NCBI GenBank assembly: GCA_041739515.1
Contig: JBGSNS010000028.1
Coordinates: forward strand, 1 to 51,734
DNA: 51,734 bases
Direction: 5' to 3'
Source of the DNA: Bdellovibrionota bacterium
GTDB lineage: Bacteria; Bdellovibrionota_C; UBA2361
This document shows positions 17,936 through 27,400 of this stretch, in pieces (within the stretch, counting starts at the first letter, position 1; each line of letters opens with the position of its first letter). The notes under the pieces were generated by a model. That model was given only the letters and a program-made list of their open reading frames with translations. It had not been told where the DNA came from and did no database searches. Position numbers and translations under genes: made by a program.

Positions 17936-19390
17936 ATGTCAAAAATACTAGCTCAACTCTACCAGAACCACTTCGGAAGAACGCCGGCCAGTATAGTACC
18001 GCTTGCGGCGCATGCCTCTCAGCGCGCGATGTTTAGGCTGGTTTCCCAAGCCGGGACTGCGGTCGGGGTATCCAACGCCGATGTTCCTCAGAACGACAGT
18101 TTCGTGGGGTTTACCCAACATTTTAGAAAACACGGTCTTCCGGCACCTGAGATCTATGGAGTCAGCGATGATCGCCAGCATTATTTGGTTGAAGATTTTG
18201 GCAACGACACGCTACTAGATGTCCATTTGCGAGAACGCCACATCAACCAGCCGTCCCCAAAAGTGGTAGCTCTTTATCAAAAGGCAGTCGAGTACCTGGT
18301 CAAATTCCAAGTAGTAGCGGGGCGAGATATCGATTTTTCGTTGTGTCACAAGGCGAAGGCATTTGATCGCACAGCGATCATCAAAGACATGCAATTTTTT
18401 CTAAATTCATTCGCGCGCGAGTTAATTCCGACGCTTAACGAATCGGCGATCGTCGCGGATTTCGGAATTTTCGCTGACTTTCTCGATAAAGCCGACAGCA
18501 GTTTCTTTCTTTACCGCGACTTTCAAGCACGCAATATAATGGTTCGAAAGAATGCGGCAGGTGAAGACGATCTTGCATTCATAGACTATCAGGACGGTCG
18601 GCGTGGTCCGTTGCAGTACGACATCGTATCCCTTCTGTATCAATCGAAGGCTGATCTACCGGCAGATACGCGCAAAATCTTACTCAATCATTATCTCGAT
18701 GCGCTTGCGGAGCAGATACCGGTGGACCGGGAGAGATTCCTTCACTTCTATCACGGTTTTATCTTTGTGCGTCTGATGCAGGTCCTCGGTACTTACGGAG
18801 AGCAGGGATTAAGGCAGAAAAAAGAGTATTTTAAGCAGAGTATTCCGTTTGCGCTTGGCAATCTTGCTCATCTGCTTGAAGCCGTCGCGTTGCCAATCGA
18901 GCTTCCGAATTTACGAGCGTTGTTTACTGAATTGGTTGAGAAGCATCGTCCTCCAGAGCTGCCGGTTGCTCGAGGATCACTCTCGGTCAATATAATGAGT
19001 TTCTCGTATCGCAATGGGTATCCAGTAATTGACACTTCGCATGGCGGAGGTTTCGTGTTCGATTGCCGTTGTATTCCTAACCCGGGTCGCGAGGAACGCT
19101 ATAAGCGATTGACCGGTCAAGATGAGCCGGTGAAGGAGTATCTTTCTCAGCGTCAAGAGGCCACCGACTTTTACAATCATGTTTACGCGATCTGCTCACA
19201 AGCGATCGAAAGTTATCGTTCACGTGGCTTTAATTCATTAAGCATCGCGTTTGGGTGTACTGGTGGCCAACATCGATCAATCTATTTTGCAGAACGATTA
19301 ACCCACGACCTAGGCGAAGTGCACGGTGTGTTCATTCAGCTTCATCACAGTAATTTAGAAAATCTGCGCAATTCCGGCGTTATCGTATGA
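17936..19390 (+). CDS. Fusion protein: AmgK-like (APH-fold) anomeric sugar kinase domain plus RapZ C-terminal domain
   Basis: 484 aa in one uninterrupted frame. N-terminal part: YLVEDFGNDTL, YRDFQARNIMV, FIDYQDGRRGPLQYDIVSLL. C-terminal part: LSVNIMSFSYRNGYP...FVFDCRCIPNPGR...LTGQDEPVKEYL...IAFGCTGGQHRSIYFAE, collinear with E. coli RapZ LTMVFESFGFKHGIP...YVFDVRFLPNPHW...MTGLDKPV...VAIGCTGGKHRSVYIAE. Confidence 0.8.
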   Translation: MSKILAQLYQNHFGRTPASIVPLAAHASQRAMFRLVSQAGTAVGVSNADVPQNDSFVGFTQHFRKHGLPAPEIYGVSDDRQHYLVEDFGNDTLLDVHLRERHINQPSPKVVALYQKAVEYLVKFQVVAGRDIDFSLCHKAKAFDRTAIIKDMQFFLNSFARELIPTLNESAIVADFGIFADFLDKADSSFFLYRDFQARNIMVRKNAAGEDDLAFIDYQDGRRGPLQYDIVSLLYQSKADLPADTRKILLNHYLDALAEQIPVDRERFLHFYHGFIFVRLMQVLGTYGEQGLRQKKEYFKQSIPFALGNLAHLLEAVALPIELPNLRALFTELVEKHRPPELPVARGSLSVNIMSFSYRNGYPVIDTSHGGGFVFDCRCIPNPGREERYKRLTGQDEPVKEYLSQRQEATDFYNHVYAICSQAIESYRSRGFNSLSIAFGCTGGQHRSIYFAERLTHDLGEVHGVFIQLHHSNLENLRNSGVIV

Positions 19391-20121
19391 AGGGGATGAT
19401 CCTTGCAGCTGGATTCGGCACTCGACTTGGAAGTCTGACTCAGGTGACACCGAAATGCCTAATTGAGGCAGGAGGAAAAACCCTGCTCGAACATTCTATC
19501 TCTAAACTTAAGGTTGCGGGTGTTGATGAACTCGTCGTGAATTTACATCATTTGGCTCCAGCTGTTGAGCAGTTCTTAGACGATAATAAGTTTCCAGGAT
19601 TGGTTGTTCATCGCTCATTCGAGCCTAAAATTCTCGACACCGGAGGAGGCGTCAAGGCGGCTGGGCGATACCTTAGGGATTCATCGTTTTTTGTGCATAA
19701 TGCGGATGTGTATACGACCTTTGAGCTTACTAATCTTAAAGAGCAACATACCAAGGCAGCCGCGAGCGCCACCTTATTAGTCGTTGAGCAGCCATCGAGC
19801 CGAGGGCTGCTAGTGGATCGCGATAATCGATTGTGTGGTTGGGTAGGAAAGGCATCTGGAGCTGAATTTCGTAGAATTATCAGAAACGGAGTGGATTTGC
19901 GGCTTGTGAATTTTTGCGGGATTCAGCTGTGCAATCCAGAGGTACTGGATTGGATGGAGCCGCTCGGTAGCCATTTTTCTATTATAGAGGCGTATCTGCG
20001 AGGTGTGGACCTGGGAGCGACTTTAAACGTGATGCCGTTACCTGACGGCGAGCGCTGGTTTGATGTCGGCTCTCCCGAGAAGCTGGAGGGGCTGCGAGGA
20101 TTCCTCAAAGCAAAGTTTTAA
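19387..20121 (+). CDS. murU: Sugar-1-phosphate nucleotidyltransferase, MurU-like (MurNAc-1-P uridylyltransferase)
   Basis: MKGMILAAGFGTRLGSLTQVTPKCL, LDTGGG, WFDVGSPEKL. ATGA overlap with the upstream kinase gene, which is the AmgK-MurU gene order. Confidence 0.7.
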   Translation: MKGMILAAGFGTRLGSLTQVTPKCLIEAGGKTLLEHSISKLKVAGVDELVVNLHHLAPAVEQFLDDNKFPGLVVHRSFEPKILDTGGGVKAAGRYLRDSSFFVHNADVYTTFELTNLKEQHTKAAASATLLVVEQPSSRGLLVDRDNRLCGWVGKASGAEFRRIIRNGVDLRLVNFCGIQLCNPEVLDWMEPLGSHFSIIEAYLRGVDLGATLNVMPLPDGERWFDVGSPEKLEGLRGFLKAKF

Positions 20122-20167
20122 ACTGGGAGTTGTAGCGATTGATGCCTAACCGTAGTATTCGAGCGCT

Positions 20168-21313
20168 ATGTATTCCACGTACTATCACGAGCACGAGTTA
20201 TTTATCGACAGTACTCGCCGCTTCTTAGCGGAGAAGTTGGCGCCACACGTCGACGAGTGGGAGAAAGCTGGAAATTATCCTGATTCGGTTTTTAAGCAAC
20301 TTGGCGAGCATGGATTTCTGGGACTACTCATCTCTGAAGAATACGGCGGCACTAATAGTGATTATCACTTAGCTGGTGCATGGTGTGAAACGTTCGGCGA
20401 ACTACGAGCGCATGGTCTTTGCGTGGGCATTAACATGCACTCCGTGGTGGTTGCGCATGCGCTAGACCGACTTGGTTCTAAGGAAGCTAAGCAAAAATGG
20501 TTACCTGGATCGGTTACGGGAGATATGATCGGTGCCTACGCGTTCACCGAGCCGGATGTCGGCAGTGACTTGGCTAACATGCGAACTCGAGCGGATTTTA
20601 ACGGAACGAATTGGGTTATTAACGGTACCAAAACTTTCATTACCAACGGCGCCAGGGCGAATTACTTACTTGTGATGGCGCGAACGGATTTAAACGCTGG
20701 ATACGGCGGCTTTACTACATTCGTTGTCGATGCTCAGAGCCCCGGATTTAAGGTGAATAGAAAGCTCGATAAGCTTGGTTGGCGTAGCTCCGACACAGCG
20801 GAATTATTCTTCGATGCTGTTGAGGTCGGCCCAGAATGTATACTTGGTAAGATTGGAGAAGGTTGGGCTCAGGGGGCAAACAATCTTAATTGGGAACGGA
20901 TGATGCTCACGCTGACCGCTCTTGGTGGAGCGCGTACGGCGTTTCGTGACGCAGTTCTGTATAGCCGCAATCGCAAAGCATTCGGAAAAAAAATCGGAGA
21001 ATTTGAATACTGGAGCAATATTCTCGTGCAAATGTTGCAGAAGATTGTGCTTGGTGAAGCGATAGCTCACGAGGCGCTTGATTTAGTGCGTAATGAGGAT
21101 CCTAAAGCACGCGCGCTTGTGTCGATGGCGAAGCGCCAAGTGTCTGCCGATGCGCTGTGGATAGCGGATCAAGCGATTCAAATTCACGGTGGATACGGTT
21201 ATACCACGGAGTTTTCAGCTGAACGTTGGTGGAGAGATCTACGGTTAATGCCGATTGGCGGTGGCACCAGCGAAATTATGGCGAATGTAGTTCGCAAGGA
21301 GCTTGGGTTTTAA
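20168..21313 (+). CDS. Acyl-CoA dehydrogenase
   Basis: 381 aa with GAYAFTEPDVGSDLANM and IHGGYGYTTEFSAERWWRDLRLMPIGGGTSEIM. Confidence 0.9.
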   Translation: MYSTYYHEHELFIDSTRRFLAEKLAPHVDEWEKAGNYPDSVFKQLGEHGFLGLLISEEYGGTNSDYHLAGAWCETFGELRAHGLCVGINMHSVVVAHALDRLGSKEAKQKWLPGSVTGDMIGAYAFTEPDVGSDLANMRTRADFNGTNWVINGTKTFITNGARANYLLVMARTDLNAGYGGFTTFVVDAQSPGFKVNRKLDKLGWRSSDTAELFFDAVEVGPECILGKIGEGWAQGANNLNWERMMLTLTALGGARTAFRDAVLYSRNRKAFGKKIGEFEYWSNILVQMLQKIVLGEAIAHEALDLVRNEDPKARALVSMAKRQVSADALWIADQAIQIHGGYGYTTEFSAERWWRDLRLMPIGGGTSEIMANVVRKELGF

Positions 21314-21423
21314 GCTGGGAGTGACTGATTAGGGGACCAGCGGTCCTCTAAGGAAACTTTCTTAAATTATGGGCCGTTTTTTGGCATGTTGTTTCCTCTC
21401 CGTTCCCTACATAATGAGCCCCT

Positions 21424-24400
21424 ATGCGCATACGTTCCGTGGTTCGCCGTTTCCGTCCTGATAATTGGCTTCCGTCTTTACTGCTTCCAGTTGCTCAGCT
21501 GTTCTCTCGCTTAACCATCCCGTTTCCTATTACCACCGTTCGTCGGGAGTCGCTAAGCGCTTCTGAGCTGCGAGTTCAAGGCGCAGACTTGGCTACGACC
21601 CACCGCGTTCGCTCAGTATTCGATCGCGGAATCGATGTGATTCCGCACTTTAAAGACTCTACCAAGCGAATTCGCGACGCCTATTTTCTATTCTCCGGCG
21701 CATCAAGGGGTAAGAAGACTCTTCCTCCAGGAATCGATTGGTTGCTCGATAACTACCACATCATTCAACAGGTTCAGCGGGATCTAAAAGTTGATCTCTC
21801 GCCCGGGTTCTATCGCAGATTGCCGAAGCTGAAACGGGGGGAATATCGACATTATCCCCGTGTCTTAGAGCTTGCTGCGGAGTACTTAGCACTCACCGAT
21901 TCCAGATTCGATCGTGAGCGATTTACGCAGTTTATGATTGGTTATCAATCAGATAAGTCGCTTGCTGTTGGGGAATTGTGGGCTTTGCCCATATTTTTGC
22001 GTCTAGTACTGCTTGAGCATCTACGACTCATCGTTGAGCGTTGGTCATTGGAGCACGCAGAGCAACTAAAACTCGATGCAATAATTAATCGCTTTGCAAT
22101 GACGATGGGTGGCACAGAGTTGGCGATGGCCCTTGCTACGGCACTTGAAGGAACCACCTTTAATCCATCAATGCTGCTGCGCTTGATTCGAACTTTGCGT
22201 GTGCGGGGACCTAAGGCTGCGTTGGCGATCGGATTTGCTGAGGAGAAACTTCGCGAACAGGGCATGACTTTCGAGGACTTGACGCGTCAGGTCAATGCGA
22301 CTGGAGCGGCCGATCAAGTAACGATGATGAATGTGTTCGTCTCGTTTAAAAGTCTCGCTAGTTTAAACTGGAAGAAATGGGTCGAAGACAATAGTCAGTT
22401 GCATGCGGAACTTTCAAAAGATGCTGACTACGTTCGCTCTGATTTTGAAACGAGAAATATCTATCGCTCACGGATCGAACAACTCGCCACGCGCAGCGAG
22501 CGCACAGAATTGGGTGTAGCAAAGTCGGTTTTAGAGCTCAGCTGTAGCGAGGCAGCCCTTAAGAATATAAATAAAGCTGCTCGTCACATCGGATACTACC
22601 TAATTGATAAGGGGTACGGCTCGCTTATAAAAATCGTTGGCTATCGAGCCCCGATTCGCGAACGAATTCTCAGCATGGTGGAACGCAATCGCAGCGGGTT
22701 TTATTTCGGACTGATCGGCGCTGTCACGATTTCGCTAAGCCTTTTAGCAACTCAAGCGGTTTGGCTCGCTACCTCTGCGGTGATTCCGTCTATTATCGCG
22801 TTTCTTTGCATGGCTTTGGTTGGATCGGAATTTGGCACCCATCTTACTCAATGGCTCACCTTGCGTTTCTTTCCAGCAAAGCAACTCGCCAAGTTCGATT
22901 TTTCTAAGGGAATACCTGAGGAATTTCGTTCGGTAGTGGTCGTACATACTCTGCTTTCCGATAAGCAGACGGTCGAAAGAATGGTTGAAGGGATCGAGAT
23001 TCGATACTTAGGCAATCGGGATGCTAATTTAACGTTTTGTCTTCTAGGGGATCTACCTGATGCTGCGGCTGAAAAAATGCCCGGAGATGCCGAGCTTTTG
23101 GAGTTTACAACAGACGCGATGCGTAAACTCGCGACACGTTGTCCACAGGGTAAATTCGCAGCACTCACGCGTCAGCGTCGTTGGAACGACGGTGAGGGTA
23201 AGTGGATGGCGTGGGAACGAAAGCGTGGAAAGTTAGAAGAATTCCATCGTCTGATTCGCGGGAACGATGGCACTAGCTTCCTACCGTTGTTCGGCGATCC
23301 GAAGAAAATGCGCATGTCGCCGTTTGTAATTACGCTTGATTTGGACACGCAATTGCCTAGAGGGGCAGCGGCACGTTTGGTTGGTACGTTGGCGCATCCG
23401 CTCAATAGGCCTGTATTAGACGATGCTCGTAGTCGAGTGATGCGCGGATATTCCGTAATTCAACCGCGCGTTGGCGTACATATTTCTAGCGGCTCAGCGA
23501 CGCCGTTTTCCAGGCTCTTTGCGGGCAATTCAGGTATCGATCCGTACACTCAGTGTGTTTCGGATTTATACCAGGATGTGTTCGGCGCGGCATCGTATAT
23601 CGGTAAAGGAATTATTGATGTCGATGCCTTTAGTACGTTACTCGATGAGAATGTTCCGGATAACACAATTCTTAGTCACGATTTATTTGAGGGCGAGCGT
23701 GGTCGCACCGGGTTAGCCTCCGACGTAGAGTTATTCGATGATATTCCAGGGAAGTACCACGCGTTTGCTCGAAGACAGCATCGGTGGATTCGTGGGGACT
23801 GGCAGCTACTACCTTGGCTATTGCCGAAGGTCCCATCAGGGAACGGCTATGTTGCAAATCCCTTCTCTAGCCTAAGTCGCTGGAAGCTTTTCGATAATCT
23901 TAGACGAAGTTTGGTTGCGGTTGGATACGTTGGATTATTCGTTCTGATCTCGCTGTCACTTTCAGCGCATACGAACTGGTGGACGGTTCTGCTTTTGTTT
24001 TTTCTTGCCTTCCCACTCTTTTCAAATCTCGCTTCCGGTTTGGCTGGTTCTTCGCCTCGCATATCTTTTGGAACGCACCTTAAGGGCATTGGTCGTGATG
24101 CCGGGCGGCATTTGGGCCAAACCATCGTCGCGCTTTTGGTGTTACCGCATCAGGCCATCGTCACTTTGGACGCCGTATTTAGGACCTTATGGCGCCTACG
24201 CGTATCCCGTAAGCGACTACTTGAATGGGAGACGGCAGATCAGGCCGATAAGCGTTTAGGTGATTCATTCTTAGGAATTTTTCGAGAGATGGCTCTCGGC
24301 TGGGGACTGACGGTTCTGCTGGCTGCGGTGGTTGTTCAGGCGTCGAGTGCGTTCACCTTAACTTCATTAGTAATTGCGCTTTGGTTAGTGGCGCCCGTGG

Positions 24401-27400
24401 TTATTTGGCGTCTGAGTCGTGTTTCTCCCCCGCCTGCTCTCTCTAATCGTGAAACCGAAGAGATAACGAAACTTGCGCGCGAAACTTGGAAATTTTTCGA
24501 GGAACAACTGACCGATGGCAATAACTACTTAATTCCCGACAACGTTCAGTTCGTTCCTAAGGAAATTGTCGCTAAACGAACCAGTCCAACTAATATTTCA
24601 CTTTCTATGTTGGCCGTAGTGGCCGCTAGTGACATGAAATTCATTCCAGTCGAGAGATCCATCGAGTTACTCGCTAAGATTTCAGAATCACTAGAACGCT
24701 TGGAGCGATTTCGTGGCCATTTTTTGAACTGGTACGCCATAGATCGTATGGCGCCGTTGCTACCTCGCTACGTCTCGTTTGTTGATAGTGGAAATCTCGT
24801 TGGACACTTCATCACCCTGCGTTCAACGATTAAGGAATTTAGAGCTAATTACCCTGATCTGATTCAATCGCATGGCGGTTTGATGCAGCAGATCGATGGC
24901 CGCCTTGAGCGTTGGATCGCAGAGATGGAGTTTGGATTTCTTTACGATGAGGAGCGAAAACTGTTTGCAATCGGGTACAACGTCGATAATGCAACTCGCG
25001 ACCCGAATTGTTACGATCTACTCGCCTCCGAAGCACGCCTCGGTAGTTTTGTGGCCATCGCCCGGGAACAAGTTGGCGAAGAGCACTGGTTTAGTCTCGG
25101 TCGTACGATTACGTCGTGCGCGGGTGGCAAGGCGTTGCTCTCATGGAGCGGAACTGCGTTCGAATATTTAATGCCACTACTAGTGATGAGGAGTTATCCA
25201 GGTAGCTTGCTGGATCGAACGTATACAGCAATTGTCAAAGCTCAGCAGGCATACGGGGAAAAGCTGAATGTGCCGTGGGGGGTTTCTGAGTCAGCGTATT
25301 CCGGGGTCGACTTTGAACGTACCTATCAGTATCACGCCTTTGGTGTGCCGGGGCTTGGATTTAAGCGAGGTCTTTCTCACGATTTAGTTATTAGTCCTTA
25401 CTCGACAGTACTGGCTCTTCAGGTCGATCCGTCCGCAGCTGTTAAAAATTTTGCAGCGCTCGATGCTGAGGGATATCGCGGACGGTATGGCTTCTACGAA
25501 GCAGGGGACTATACGGGACGAAGACTTACGCCTGACGAAAAAGTCCACATAGTACAGAGTTTCTTTTCTCATCATCAGGGCATGTCCTTTGTAGCGATGG
25601 CTAATGTTTTATGTGATTCCGTGTTCCAACGAAGGTTTCACACAGATGCTTCGGTGCGAGCAACTGAATTGCTCTTGCAAGAAAGATTTCCGCGTACATT
25701 TGAGACTCTCACTCCTAATCAAGCCGAGCAGCGTGATGATAGTGCACAAGGGCAGGGTGAAGGGTCGCGAATTTCGTGGGATCTTGCAAAGCTCATTAGT
25801 CCGCATACCACTTTCCCGTACACTCACGTTTTGTCTAATGGGAACTTCTCGGTAATGATCGATAACGCTGGTGCCGGTTATAGCTGGATCGGAGACGTAT
25901 CGCTTACGCGTTGGCGCGAAGACGAAGTAGCTTGCAACTACGGAGAATTTGTTTTCGTCCGCGATCGAGAATCGGAAGAATTTTGGTCAACGACCTATCA
26001 GCCGGTCAAGAGTGAGCCCGATGCTTACGAGGTAATTTTTAGTCCTGATAAAGCCGAGTTTAAACGACGTGATTTCGATATTCATACTCATACCGATATC
26101 GTTGTTTCGCCGGAAGATAACGTTCAGGTACGACGCGTAAGTGTTAAAAATGTGACGGACTTTGCCCGCTCCTTAGATCTAACTTCTTATAGTGAAGTTG
26201 TTCTCAATAAAGCGAAGGCAGAGGCAGTGCATCCGGCATTTTCTAATATCTTTATTCAAACTGAGTATTTAGCAGATCTCGATGCGATTTTGTGCGAGCG
26301 ACGACCGCGTTCGGCGCACGAGAAGCCTACATATTTTTTTCAACTCGTGAACTCAGCTGTGGTGTGGGCGCCGTTGCAGTACGATTCGTCACGAGCCACT
26401 TTCGTTGGTCGCGGACGAACTAGCGCGAATCCGATCGCGCTTGAGTCCGAAAAACTAGCACAGTCGGTCGGGGCGGTGCTCGAACCGATCGTTGCGATGC
26501 GCATTGTTGTCGAGCTGGGTGCGAAAGAATCACACACGGTGTGTTTCGTGTCGGGATACGCGGCAACGAGGGAAGAGGCCATTCATTTAATTGAACGCTA
26601 TCATAACTCCGAACAATCGGTTCATCGCGCATTCGAACTGGCGTGGGCACAATCAAGCGTTGAGTTGCGAAGTGGCCAAGTGCAGTCTGAGGAAGCGGCG
26701 ATTTTTCAACGGCTGGCGTCTGCAATATTTTTCAATCACGAGCAGTTTCGAACTGCTCCGGAGAATGTGGCCAGGAATGGACTGACCCAGTCAGGTCTCT
26801 GGAGGTTCGGGATTTCAGGGGATATTCCAATCGTATTGGCGCGTATCTCTGATCCAAGTCAGTTGCCATTGATCCAGCAGGTATTGAGTGCCCATGATTA
26901 TTTGCGACTTCGCGGGGTAAAGTTCGATTTGACGATTTTAAACGAGTATCCAGGCGGGTACGCGCAAGACTTACATCATGAGCTCGAGTTTATGATCCGA
27001 GCCGGTCGCAGCGAGACGTTAATTGAAAAATCCGGTGGCATTTTCTTGCGCGGCGCACAGGCTATTTCCTCGGATGAAATTACATTATTAGAAGCGGTAG
27101 CTCGCGTAGTTCTAAACGGAACGCACGGCTCATTAGTCGAGCAATTGTTGTTACCGAAGTTGTTACCGGAAACTCAGCGATATGGCGGGGCACTTGGACC
27201 TGCAAGCGATGGGATTGAGTTCTCCACTCCAGTTCCGTTACCTGCGCTACAATTTCGTACGAAATACGGAGGGTTCGATCCGAAAACAGGTGAATTTGTG
27301 ATGCGAGTACACGAGGGACTAAGACCCCCGCTCCCGTGGAGTAATGTAATAGCGTCACCAGAGTTTGGCTGTTTAGTGACTGAAAGCGGTGGTGGATATA

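Noticed and set aside
21331-21349. Hairpin AGGGGACC-agc-GGTCCTCT after the acyl-CoA dehydrogenase stop, as a Rho-independent terminator
   Set aside because: No U-tract follows. The core (GGACC-N3-GGTCC) resembles the REP-like family, so I treat it as a possible degenerate repeat copy rather than annotating a terminator.
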